From the NCBI GenBank assembly GCA_043800755.1, contig JAZDMQ010000131.1, forward strand, positions 1 through 20,309: a DNA stretch of 20,309 bases. The letters run 5' to 3'. The notes below the pieces were generated by a model, which saw only the letters and a program-made list of their open reading frames with translations, searched no databases and was not told the origin of the DNA. The position numbers and the translations under genes are program-made. This DNA comes from a bacterium (GTDB lineage: Bacteria > Methylomirabilota > Methylomirabilia > CAVQYV01). Shown one piece after another: positions 7,574 through 17,008 of this stretch (its first letter is position 1; every line of letters begins with the position of its first letter).

Positions 7574-9222
7574 TCAGTCTCCGGAGCCTCCTCGATCCTG
7601 CGCCCTTCCTCCCGGCGCTGGAAGAAATATCGCTTGAAGGCCACCACCACCTCTCCATCAAAATGGCTTCCTATCCCCTGATCCAGGATGGCGATGGCCT
7701 CCTCGGGGGAGGAAGGGTTGCGATAGGGACGATGGGAGGTCAGGGCATCAAAGACATCGGCCACCGCCATGATCTTGCCCCCTAAGGGAATCTCGCTACC
7801 GTGCAGGTGGAAGGGGTAGCCGGTTCCATCGATCCGCTCATGATGAAAGGAAGCAATCGAAGGAATCTCCTTCAAATCCTGGGAGAAATAAAGGTTCTCC
7901 AGGATCTCCTTGGTCTTCACCACATGTTCCTGGATCGCGCGATATTCCTCCGCGGTGAGGATTCCCGGTTTTCTCAAGATCGAATCGTGGACCCCGATCT
8001 TGCCGTAGTCATGAAGCAGCGACGCCAGGCGAAGGGTCTCCAGCCCCTTCCTGGAAAAATTCATCTCCTCCGCCGTCCCCAAAGTATACTCCATGACCCT
8101 TTGGGAATGGCCCGCGGTGTAGGGATCGCGGGCATCGATGGAGGAGGCCAATACCTCGATGATGCTGTTGAACTGTTTCTTCTGCTCCTCGTAGAGTTGG
8201 GCATTCTCAATGGCAATGGCCGTCTGTGAAGCCAAGGACTGAAGTAGCCTTTCATCTTCCTGGTTGAAGGCCCCTTCCTCCTTGTTCAGACACTGAAAGA
8301 CCCCGAGGATCTCCCCCAACTTGTTCTTCATGGCCATGGTGAGGATGCTGTGGGTGCAGTAGCCCGTCTTTTTGTCCACCTCGGGGTTGAAGCGAGGGTC
8401 TTGGTAGGCATCCGGGATATTGATCGTCTCCCCGGTGCTGGCCACATGCCCTGCGATCCCCAGGTGCATGGGGAAGCGGATCTCCTGATCCTGCATCCCC
8501 TGGGCCACCTTCGACCACAATTCCTCCCGTTCCCTGTCCACCAGGAATACCGTGGACCGATCGGCCCTGAGCAGGTGGGAGGTCTTCTCCATGATGAGGT
8601 GCAAGAGCGAAGCAAGCTCGATCTCCCCGCTGATCGCCTTCCCCACCTCCAAGAGGTCCGTGGTTCGTTCCAGGTTCGATCGAACCTCCTCCAATAGGAA
8701 GGCGCCCTCCAGGGCAACGGCCACCTGATCTGCCAGACAGGAGAGCAGCTTTTCATCCTCCGCGGTGAAGACACCCTCCCTTTTGTTCAGGACCTGGATC
8801 ACCCCGATGATCTGCATCCGGTGATTTCTCACCGGCAGACAGAGGATGCTGTGGGTGCGGTAGCCCGTCTTTTTGTCTACCTCGGGGTTGAAGCGAGGGT
8901 CTTGGTAGGCATCCGGGATATTGATCGTCTCCCCGGTGCTGGCCACATGCCCTGCGATCCCCAGGTGCATGGGGAAGCGGATCTCTCGACTCTCCATTCC
9001 CTCCGCCATGCGGGACCAGAGCTCTCCCCGCTCCCTATCCAGCAAGAACAGACTGCTTCGATCCGCCCCCATCAGCCGGGTCGTCTCCGCAATGACCACC
9101 TGGAGCAGTCGGTCCAGATCGGTCTCCGCATTGATGGCCCTGCCTATCTCTAAGAGGCGGTAGGTCCTGTCGAGCCGGGCTTCCAACTCAGCCCTGGTCA
9201 GTCGCTCCCCAGCCTTTCCCAT
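7570..9222 (-). CDS. Tandem GAF-GAF HD-GYP cyclic dinucleotide phosphodiesterase (550 aa)
   Basis: Two GAF domains (ADRSS/TxFL; NKxxGxFxxEDE), followed by YTAGHS, LLHDYGKIG, HHERIDGTGYP and DVFDALTSHRPYR. Start set at ATG 9222, behind the GGAGGA RBS at 9231-9236. Confidence 0.9.
   Translation of the reverse strand: MGKAGERLTRAELEARLDRTYRLLEIGRAINAETDLDRLLQVVIAETTRLMGADRSSLFLLDRERGELWSRMAEGMESREIRFPMHLGIAGHVASTGETINIPDAYQDPRFNPEVDKKTGYRTHSILCLPVRNHRMQIIGVIQVLNKREGVFTAEDEKLLSCLADQVAVALEGAFLLEEVRSNLERTTDLLEVGKAISGEIELASLLHLIMEKTSHLLRADRSTVFLVDREREELWSKVAQGMQDQEIRFPMHLGIAGHVASTGETINIPDAYQDPRFNPEVDKKTGYCTHSILTMAMKNKLGEILGVFQCLNKEEGAFNQEDERLLQSLASQTAIAIENAQLYEEQKKQFNSIIEVLASSIDARDPYTAGHSQRVMEYTLGTAEEMNFSRKGLETLRLASLLHDYGKIGVHDSILRKPGILTAEEYRAIQEHVVKTKEILENLYFSQDLKEIPSIASFHHERIDGTGYPFHLHGSEIPLGGKIMAVADVFDALTSHRPYRNPSSPEEAIAILDQGIGSHFDGEVVVAFKRYFFQRREEGRRIEEAPETE
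8341..8985. repeat. 144-bp direct repeat (8341-8484 and 8842-8985) inside the two GAF domains
   Basis: Aligned by eye at 142/144 identity, with mismatches at 8358/8859 and 8377/8878. Offset is 501 bp, which is in frame. Confidence 0.95.
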
Positions 9223-9329
9223 GATGGCCCTCCTCCATGACATGGTCTTCTTCCCCCTTATACCATCCTCTCCGGAACAACGCAATAAGATTGGGCCTGT
9301 GAACCAACGAGCAAGGCCAACGAGCGAGG

Positions 9330-9358
9330 TTGACAGACCCCTCCCGTTAGGGTAACTT
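9330..9358 (+). promoter_or_regulatory. Sigma70-type promoter for the dehydrogenase gene
   Basis: TTGACA (9330-9335), 17-bp spacer, TAACTT (9353-9358), about 50 bp upstream of ATG 9408. Confidence 0.6.
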
Positions 9359-9407
9359 TTAGGAGGCGTCATCTCACCATCTTGTTCATTAGAAAGGGCA
9401 AAGGAAA

Positions 9408-10442
9408 ATGAAAGGCTTGATGAAGACCCATTTGGGGGCAGGAAATGTGGAGATTCAGGAGCTGCCTGAGCCGCAGCCCGGCTCGGGAGAGGTATTGATC
9501 CAGGTGAAGGCAGCCGGCATCTGCGGGACGGACATCCACATCTGGAAGGATGAATACAGGTCAAAACCTCCCATGGTGATGGGCCATGAGGGGAGCGGAG
9601 TGATCGCGGCGTTGGGCGATGGGGTGAAAGGCCTCGCCCTCGGGGACCGGGTTACCTCGGAGACCTTCGCCCAGTTCTGCGGCCGCTGTTTCTTCTGTAA
9701 GCAGGGAAAGCCCAATCTCTGCGCCGAGAGGAGATCCATTGGCACCCACTTGAATGGCTTCTTTGCCCAATATCTGACCATTCGGGCCTCCGCGGTCCAT
9801 CGCCTGCCGGGCAATGTCACCTTCGGGGCCGGTGCCCTCTCCGAGCCCCTCGCCTGTTGCGTCCACGGCATCTTAGAGAGGACCCCGGTCGGGGCCGGGG
9901 ATTGGGTTCTCATCTCCGGTCCGGGGACCATCGGCCTGCTCAGCCTGCAGTTGGTCAAGGCAGATGGCGGCAAGGCTATTGTGCTGGGGATGGACAAGGA
10001 CGAGGGTCGGCTGGCCCTCGCCCGGGAATTGGGGGCCGATGAGGTCATCAATGTGCAGAGACAGGATGCCAGCGCCCTGGTTGAGGAGCGCACCGAGGGC
10101 CTGGGGGCGGACATGGCCATCGAGTGTGCCGGGGCCGCGGCTTCGTTCAACCAGTGTCTGCGGCTGCTCCGAAAGGGGGGGCGAATCAGCCAGGCCGGCC
10201 TTTTCGGGAGGGCGGTGGAGGTGGACTTGGAGCTGGTGGCCATGAAGGAACTGGAGGTCTTCGGCTTTTTCAGCCATGTGCCCTCGGCCTGGGATCGCGG
10301 ACTGAAGCTCATGGCGGAAGGGAAGGTGCTCACCGAACCCTTGGTCTCGCACCGGCTTCCCCTCAGCGAATGGAGGAGGGGATTCTCCCTGATGGAAAAG
10401 GGGGAAGGGTTGAAGATCCTGCTGCTCCCGGCGGAGGTGTGA
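9408..10442 (+). CDS. Zn-dependent medium-chain dehydrogenase (sorbitol/threonine dehydrogenase-like)
   Basis: Catalytic Zn motifs GICGTD and GHE, structural Zn motif CGRCFFC...NLC, EPLAC, and Rossmann motif GPGTIG. Confidence 0.92.
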   Translation: MKGLMKTHLGAGNVEIQELPEPQPGSGEVLIQVKAAGICGTDIHIWKDEYRSKPPMVMGHEGSGVIAALGDGVKGLALGDRVTSETFAQFCGRCFFCKQGKPNLCAERRSIGTHLNGFFAQYLTIRASAVHRLPGNVTFGAGALSEPLACCVHGILERTPVGAGDWVLISGPGTIGLLSLQLVKADGGKAIVLGMDKDEGRLALARELGADEVINVQRQDASALVEERTEGLGADMAIECAGAAASFNQCLRLLRKGGRISQAGLFGRAVEVDLELVAMKELEVFGFFSHVPSAWDRGLKLMAEGKVLTEPLVSHRLPLSEWRRGFSLMEKGEGLKILLLPAEV

Positions 10443-10444
10443 AG

Positions 10445-11482
10445 CTAATCTGCCGGCGCCATGTCGATCCGGGTGGACAGAGAAGCCTCCAGGTGAGGGG
10501 AGAAATTCGAAGTGGCGACTACCTCGCCTTCGGGGGTCACGATCAGGGCGGCCAACTCGGGCCGATCTTCGATCAGGCGCAGCCCCTTTCCCGGCCCCAG
10601 GAGGAACAGGGCCACCGAGGGTAGATAGTCGGTGGCGAGCCGTTCGGTGAGGAGCGTGACCTGGGAGCAGCCTGAGGCAGGATATCCGGACCGGCAATCC
10701 AGGATGTGGTGATACCGCTGCCCCTCGATCTCGAAATAGCGCTCATAATCCCCTGAGGTCAGGACAAAGCAATCTCTGAGGCTCAACACGCCAATGAACT
10801 CTCCGGCCTTCCGGGGATGTTGGATCCCGATCCGCCAGCCCTTGCCCTCCTTGCCTTCGCCCACGGCCAGGACATCCCCCCCCAGATTGATCAGGAAGTT
10901 ATCCAGGCCCACGCCCCACAGCATCCCCCCTGCCCTGCTCAAGGCATAGCCCTTGGCAATCCCTCCCAGATTCACCTTCATGCCGGGCAGAATCAGCCTC
11001 ACCTCCCGGGTCCTCTCGCACAGGAGGACCTTGCGATAGTCCACCAGGGCCTTCGCCTGGGCCAGTTCCTCGGCAGAGGGCAGCCTCTTCTCCTTGGCGC
11101 ATCGGCCCCAGAGCTGCCAGAGAGGGGCGAAGGTGACATCAAAGGCCCCTTCCGTCAGATCCGAGAGGGCCTGGGCGTGCTGCAGCAGGCTGAAGACCTC
11201 CTCGCTCACCTGTACCGCTTCGCCCGGGGCGGCCCGATTGATGCGGGACACCTCGCTGCCTGGCCGGTAGAAGCTCATCAGGTCCTCGATGCGGCGAATC
11301 TCGGCAAAGGCCTCCTCCATCCCGGCCCTGCCCCTGGATTCCTCCGGGCTGATGATGGTGATCTCTACCACCGTGCCCAGGAGGGAACGCCCCTCTTTCA
11401 AGAGGGCATCGCAGGGAAGGAAGGAGGCAAGAAGGAAAATCAGCCAGAGGGAAAGGATGAGGAGGAATCGTCTTGGCCTCAT
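10445..11482 (-). CDS. apbE: FAD:protein FMN transferase (ApbE family)
   Basis: Has SEVSRIN, GAFDVT, NLGGIAKGYA, NLGGD, TSGDYERYF and YHHILD, with an N-terminal signal/anchor. Confidence 0.92.
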   Translation of the reverse strand: MRPRRFLLILSLWLIFLLASFLPCDALLKEGRSLLGTVVEITIISPEESRGRAGMEEAFAEIRRIEDLMSFYRPGSEVSRINRAAPGEAVQVSEEVFSLLQHAQALSDLTEGAFDVTFAPLWQLWGRCAKEKRLPSAEELAQAKALVDYRKVLLCERTREVRLILPGMKVNLGGIAKGYALSRAGGMLWGVGLDNFLINLGGDVLAVGEGKEGKGWRIGIQHPRKAGEFIGVLSLRDCFVLTSGDYERYFEIEGQRYHHILDCRSGYPASGCSQVTLLTERLATDYLPSVALFLLGPGKGLRLIEDRPELAALIVTPEGEVVATSNFSPHLEASLSTRIDMAPAD

Positions 11483-11486
11483 GGGG

Positions 11487-12020
11487 CTAATTCTTCCCCC
11501 ACTCTTTCTTGAAGATCCGCAGGGCTTCCTCTACCGCCTGAATCACCGCCCGGCAGGTGACGGTGGCCGAGGCCACACCATCCAGGTTACCCTCGGGCGT
11601 ATCCCTCTTGAGGATGAAGGGACTGCTTTTACCGCGAAACTGGGCGCGAAACTCCTGATCCACCTGCTTGGTCCAGAGGCCCAGGGTCTCCTGGTGGGCG
11701 AGGAGGATGACCTCTACCACTTTGCCCTGGGGATCGATCCCCACCATGACCTGCATGGGGCCTCCGTATCCCTTGCTCTCGGTGTGGAAGATCCCGCCGA
11801 CCGGCTCCGTGCCCTTGTAGCCAATTTCGTATTTTATCCCCCCCTGATCCACGGTCTCGAATCGCTCCGCCGCGGGCAGGGCTTGCTTGAGAAGCGCGAC
11901 CCTCTCCTTCTCCTTATCTTCCTGAATGCCGGCGGCGGCCTGATGGGCCAAGGAGAGGCCGCCTGCGCACAGGACACATATCACGAGAAGCCTTAATGTA
12001 AAATGAGGAAATTCCTTCAC
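11487..12020 (-). CDS. Exported FMN-binding domain protein (RnfG/NqrC-like)
   Basis: Signal peptide, KGYGGPMQVMVGID, HQETLGL and DGVASATVT. GGAGG RBS before GTG 12020. Directly upstream of apbE. Confidence 0.8.
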   Translation of the reverse strand: MKEFPHFTLRLLVICVLCAGGLSLAHQAAAGIQEDKEKERVALLKQALPAAERFETVDQGGIKYEIGYKGTEPVGGIFHTESKGYGGPMQVMVGIDPQGKVVEVILLAHQETLGLWTKQVDQEFRAQFRGKSSPFILKRDTPEGNLDGVASATVTCRAVIQAVEEALRIFKKEWGKN

Positions 12021-12301
12021 GATGACCTCCTTCGGGCTCGGTGACTCATGGCCCGGACGATCCGTATCCCTGCAGCAGGGAAGTGATTCCGGATCAGCGC
12101 CTCGATCTTAAAACAAAAGCGGGGCTCCGGCAAGGAAAAACCCAGGCTCTCGGGGGAACCAGAGTCCTCCTTTTTGGCTGGGCCTCGTTATATTTCCCTT
12201 GACCTGCCATGGCTATACGCAATAATTATTAGGGCGGAGCCGGGATCAGGAGGAGCACGACCCACGATGAGGCAGGGAATACCCCAAAGGAAGCACACCA
12301 G

Positions 12302-14107
12302 ATGGCTGAGCTGATTTGGCAGGACAAGTATAAGAGACCAGAACCACCGCATCCCGGGAGGCGCCCCCCCCTGCCCTTTCGCACCCTCGAGGTCTACGAT
12401 GAAGCGAAGGTGGCCGCGAATGGACTGCCCCCGAGGCATCCAACGAGCGATTCGCATCGGACCTGGCGCAACCGGCTCATCTGGGGGGACAACCAGTACA
12501 TCATGGCCAGCCTCCTCCCTGAGCTCGCCGGCCAGATTGACTTGATCTACATCGACCCCCCCTTCGCCACCGGGGGCAATTTCTCCGTCAACATCCCTCT
12601 GGAAGGGACGAGGCATGGCAGGAAGCGGTCAGCCATTGCCGAGAGGGCCTATCAGGATACCTGGGGAAACGGATTGGACTCTTACCTGGAGATGATGCAC
12701 GAGCGGCTCTCCCTGATGCGCGGTCTCCTAACCGCTGACGGCTCCATCTATGTCCACCTGGACTGGCATGCAGGGCATTATGTGAAGATTATGATGGATG
12801 AGATCTTCGGGCGAGAGAATTTTCGCAACGAGATTGCCTGGTGCTATCGCACCATGCAGACCACAAAGAGCGGATGGGCCAGGAAGCACGATCTCATCCT
12901 CTTTTATGCCAAAGGGAAGAAGTATCTCTTCAATCTGCAGGAGGTATTGGAGCCTTACCCGGAAGGCTACCAAAGGCGGTTCAAATATCTCGACGAATCC
13001 GGCCGGAGGTTCATGGTCCGGGGAAAGGGAGGGCCCTTCGGCTTCGGGCAGGGCGACATTCGGAGGGAGGACGAGGCGAAATATCCTGAGTTCACCTATC
13101 GGCAATACATGCAGGGCGGGAGCATCCCCAAGGACTGGTGGGAGATCGAGATGTTGAACAGCAATTCCCACGAGCGGGTCGGCTTCGACACCCAAAAGCC
13201 TGAGGCCCTCTTAGAGCGCATCATCAAGGCCTCCTCCCGACCGGGCGACCTGGTGGCTGACTTCTTCTGCGGCTCCGGGACGGCCCTGGGCGTGGCGGAA
13301 AGGCTCGGCCGCCGCTGGATCGGGGCTGACCTCTCCAAGTGGGCCATCCAGATCACCCGCAAGCGTCTGCTGGGCCTGCCTGGGGTGCGACCCTTCGAAA
13401 TCCTGGACCTGGGCAGATACCAGGCGGCCAAACTGAAAGAGAGGGGAATCCGGGACCACAAGGATTTCATCTTGAGGCTCTACCGCGCCGAGTCGCTTTC
13501 TGACCATGTCCTGCTGCACGGCAAGAAGTCACGCAGGTTGGTGCACATCGGAGATCCTGACGTCACCGTCACCGTACGCCAAATCAAGAGGGTGGTCAAG
13601 GAGTGCGCCTCGGCCGGGAGGAAGTCATTGGACATCTTGGGCTGGGATTTTGAGCCGGGAATGGATGATTTGGCTCATAGAATTGGCAGGGAGCACTCGA
13701 TTAATCTTCGCCTGGTGCAGGTTCCGAGGGAGGCCTTGGAGGCAAGGGACCCGGCCAAGGCAGGGCTCAGATTCTTCCACCTGGGCCGCCTGGAGATTGA
13801 GCACCGGCTCCGGGGAAAGACCCTGACCCTTGCCCTGAAGGACTTCGCCCTCGGAGGCCCTGAGCATCTGCCTAAAGAGGTGCGGGATAGGGCGAAGCGT
13901 TTTGCAGACTATATCGATTACTGGGCGGTCGATTTTGACTACCAGGGCGAGGTCTTTCATTCGAGGTGGCAATCCTTCCGCACCCGGAGCCATCGCCGCC
14001 TGGAGACCAAGTGTTCTCACCAGTATCAGGGCGAGGGGAATCATCGCATCCTGGTGAAGGTGGTCGATATCTTTGGCAACGAGTGGAGCAAATCATTGAA
14101 TATCTGA
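12302..14107 (+). CDS. Site-specific DNA methyltransferase, beta class (Type III Mod-like)
   Basis: Has NRLIWGDN, motif IV LIYIDPPF preceding motif I DFFCGSGT, TQKPEALLERII, and a C-terminal DYWAVDFDY...VKVVDIFGN extension. Confidence 0.9.
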   Translation: MAELIWQDKYKRPEPPHPGRRPPLPFRTLEVYDEAKVAANGLPPRHPTSDSHRTWRNRLIWGDNQYIMASLLPELAGQIDLIYIDPPFATGGNFSVNIPLEGTRHGRKRSAIAERAYQDTWGNGLDSYLEMMHERLSLMRGLLTADGSIYVHLDWHAGHYVKIMMDEIFGRENFRNEIAWCYRTMQTTKSGWARKHDLILFYAKGKKYLFNLQEVLEPYPEGYQRRFKYLDESGRRFMVRGKGGPFGFGQGDIRREDEAKYPEFTYRQYMQGGSIPKDWWEIEMLNSNSHERVGFDTQKPEALLERIIKASSRPGDLVADFFCGSGTALGVAERLGRRWIGADLSKWAIQITRKRLLGLPGVRPFEILDLGRYQAAKLKERGIRDHKDFILRLYRAESLSDHVLLHGKKSRRLVHIGDPDVTVTVRQIKRVVKECASAGRKSLDILGWDFEPGMDDLAHRIGREHSINLRLVQVPREALEARDPAKAGLRFFHLGRLEIEHRLRGKTLTLALKDFALGGPEHLPKEVRDRAKRFADYIDYWAVDFDYQGEVFHSRWQSFRTRSHRRLETKCSHQYQGEGNHRILVKVVDIFGNEWSKSLNI

Positions 14108-14154
14108 GGCTCGGCCAGCTTGCTGGCAGGGCTTCGAGGGAAAGGAGAGGACAG

Positions 14155-14505
14155 ATGATGGAAACCAAAGGAAGGGCTGAAAAACCTGAGGACCTGGTGG
14201 CCCAGGCCTTAAGGCTGACAGACTTGGTGGATTATCAGGCGGGATCGGTGGTGAGCCGGGAGATCCTCAAGAAAGACGCGGGGAATGTGACCCTCTTCGC
14301 CTTTGACGCCGGGCAGGGACTGAGCGAGCACACCGCCCCCTTCGATGCCCTGGTCTATCTTTTGGAGGGCCAGGCGGAGATCACCATCTCCGGACAACCA
14401 CACCGGCTGCAGCCCGGCGAGATGATCATCATGCCCGCCCATCAGCCCCACGCCCTGAAGGCGCTGGGCAGATTCAAGATGATGCTGGTGATGATCAGAT
14501 CATAA
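14155..14505 (+). CDS. Cupin domain protein
   Basis: Has GSVVSREI, TLFAFDAGQGLSEHTAPFDA and MPAHQPHAL. AAGGAG RBS precedes ATG 14155. Confidence 0.9.
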   Translation: MMETKGRAEKPEDLVAQALRLTDLVDYQAGSVVSREILKKDAGNVTLFAFDAGQGLSEHTAPFDALVYLLEGQAEITISGQPHRLQPGEMIIMPAHQPHALKALGRFKMMLVMIRS

Positions 14506-14614
14506 CCCTTGCTATCAAAGAAAAGATGATGGATAAAGCCTTCATCTCCATGGCGGGGGCTGTCTGAGAGGGCCTATGGCGAACCGATTTTACTTTGGGA
14601 AGAAGGGGGTAGCT

Positions 14615-17008
14615 ATGAACAGGGGAAGGCAGGGTTTTTGTCTGGCGGTTTTCCTAAGCTGGATCTTCGCGAGTACAATCCTTCTGCAAGGGTGCGCCTC
14701 TCTCCTCCTAAACAAGGGGTTCCCTCAGTACGCAGGCCAGATCCAGAGTCTACCGCTCCATAGCTCGGTGGAGGTGATTCGAGATAAATGGGGGGTCCCC
14801 CATATCTATGCAAAAGACGAACACGATCTCATGATGGCCCAGGGATTCGTGCATGCCCAGGACCGCCTCTGGCAGATGGAAGTCACCCGCCGCCTGGCGT
14901 AGGGACGCCTTTCCGAAATAGCAGGAAAGGACGCCTTGATGGTTGACTACTTCGTCCGCCTCCTGGGCCTTCCTGACCTAAGGAGCCGGGCCGCCCAGGC
15001 CCTTTCCTCTAAAGAGCTCGATTTGATGCAGGCCTATTTGACCGGGATCAATGCTTACCTCAAGCTCCAGGGAGAGGACCTGCCCCTGGAATTTCGCTCC
15101 GCCGGCCTTAAACCTGAACCGTGGGTCGTCGACGACCTCTTCAGTTCTCTCGCCTTGAACGCCTGGTTTCTGCAGACCAACTACAAACAAGAGCTCCTGG
15201 CCATCAAAGCAGCTTCCAAGATGGAGCGCCGAGGGTGGGAAGATCTCTTTCCTTCCCATCCCGGGGCCCTCCTCCCCAAGGATGAATACTTCGACTCGAT
15301 TCGTCACCTGAAGATAGGGCCACTGCACCCTTCAGCCTTGGTTTTCCATCAAAACTTACCTGTTCCGTCTTCTCCTGCCGCAAGCAACAATTGGGCGGTC
15401 GCGAAAAGCCAAGATGGCAAGCCCCTTCTGGCGAACGATCCCCACCTGGCCCTGACGGTCCCGGGGATCTGGTATTTCTGCCATCTTTCCGCCCCGGAGT
15501 TCCATGTGGCCGGGGCTTCCATGGCGGGGACGCCGAGTATCGTCATTGGCCACAACGACTCCGTCGCCTGGGGCCTCACCAATGTGATGACGGACTGTTT
15601 GGATCTCTTCGTGCTGCGAGTGGACCCAGATCATCCCACCCGCTATCGCGTGGGCGATCGCACCCTGGAGATGGAGAGGGAGAAAGTGGTCTTCAGACTC
15701 CCCAAGGGGAAATCAAAAAAGATGACCATCTTTCGAACCATCTACGGGCCGGTCATCACCCAGATTCAAAAAGGGATGGAGGCGGCCGTGGCCTTGAAGT
15801 GGTATGGGACGCTGCCCAGTGGGGATCTGGAGGACCATACCGAAGGGGCGCTTCTCTCCTTATGTCGGGCCCAGACCGTGGAGGAGGCCCTGGAGGCAGG
15901 GAAGGGCATCGCCTTCATCGGTCAGAATCTGGTGGTGGCAGATAGGAAAGGTCATATCGGTTGGCATGCTACCGGGGCGGTCCCCATCCGGCAGGGATAC
16001 TCGGGATGGCTGCCCGCAGATGGATCCTCCGGTATCATGGACTGGGTGGGGTTCCTATCCTATTCCGATCTTCCCACCCGCGTCGATCCACATGAGGGCT
16101 GGATAGCCACTGCCAACCAGCGCGTCGTATCAGATCAGGATGCCCACCCAATCTCCTTCGCCTGGACCAGCCCTTATCGCCACCAGCGCATCGCGCAGCT
16201 CCTCCAGGATCTAAGTGCCCCCTCGACCGAGGACTTCCGGCGAATTCAGATGGATGTCCATTCCCTCCAGGCGGAAAGGATCCTTCCCCATATCCTCTCC
16301 TTCTCCTTTCAAGCTGAGAAGGCGAAGGCAGCCGTCGAGATCCTCCGGGGATGGGACCGAAAGGTAGAGCCAGAGAGCCAAGGTGCCGCCCTCTATGAGG
16401 TTTTCCTCACCCAGTGGGTGAAAACCCTCTTGGAGGACGAATTGGAGGAGGACCTCCCTCTCTATTTCAACCTTACCGAATTCTATTCGATCCAGGATGT
16501 GATCCTGGACCGGCCCGATTCCCCTCTCTGGGATCGGATCGATACGCCCGAGAAGGAGGGGCCGAGGGAGATCCTTGAGATCTCACTGGCCCGGGCCATG
16601 GAATGGCTGGAGGAAAAGCTTGGCCCCGATGTCAGGAAATGGACCTGGGGCCGTCTCCACAAGGTATACTTCCAACACCCCGGGGCCAAGGGGGGGCTCA
16701 CCGCTTGCCTTTTGAATCGCGGGCCATTCCCTGCCCCGGGTGACTGCCAGACGATCAATGTGGCCGGCTTCGTCCCGGCCAAGGAAGGATATGAGGTATT
16801 GTGGATCCCATCCCTGAGGATGATCGTGCCCCTGGGGGATCTGGATCAGACCCGGTTCATCGGAACCATGGGCCAATCCGGCCAGCCCGGACACCCACAT
16901 TACGATGACATGATCGAGTCCTGGATCAAGGGCGAGATGGCTATCCTGCCCTTCAGCCGAGCGGAGGTGGAGAAGGCAGAGGTCAGCCGATTGCTGCTCA
17001 AGCCTTAA
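14615..17008 (+). CDS. Penicillin acylase family (Ntn hydrolase, peptidase S45) lipoprotein with one in-frame TAG at 14900-14902; either a pseudogene or recoded
   Basis: ORFs 14576-14902 and 14936-17008 share a frame. The motif RDKWGVPHIYA...AQGFVHAQDRLWQM...RRLA*GRLSEIAG runs straight across the stop. Also has SNNW nucleophile, LANDPHL, GHN, TANQR, GQSG and an LLQGC lipobox. Confidence 0.85.

Noticed and set aside
8341..8985. GAF repeat as a diversity-generating retroelement TR/VR pair
   Set aside because: Only two mismatches, not consistently at adenines of one template copy. Both copies are coding, and there is no RT gene in the window.
9223..9564. 114-aa N-terminal extension of the HD-GYP ORF in the ORF track
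   Set aside because: It overlaps the divergent dehydrogenase gene and its promoter. A GGAGGA RBS supports ATG 9222.
880..11996. Long antisense or alternate-frame ORFs (e.g. 880-1584, 3269-4060, 5364-6113, 9455-10333, 9873-10697, 10817-11512, 11289-11996)
   Set aside because: These are shadow ORFs expected in GC-rich coding DNA. They have no recognisable motifs and lie over well-supported genes.
12144..12176. GGCTCT...AGAGTC hairpin followed by a T-run
   Set aside because: The stem is short and imperfect, and it lies between divergent genes with no plus-strand gene ending there.
13966..14154. Longer start for the cupin gene
   Set aside because: It overlaps the methyltransferase 3' end. The RBS supports ATG 14155 or 14158.
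14576..17008. Two separate genes encoding acylase alpha and beta subunits
   Set aside because: The break falls inside the alpha-subunit motif, about 160 codons before the SNNW beta start. The second ORF begins at a TTG with no signal peptide.
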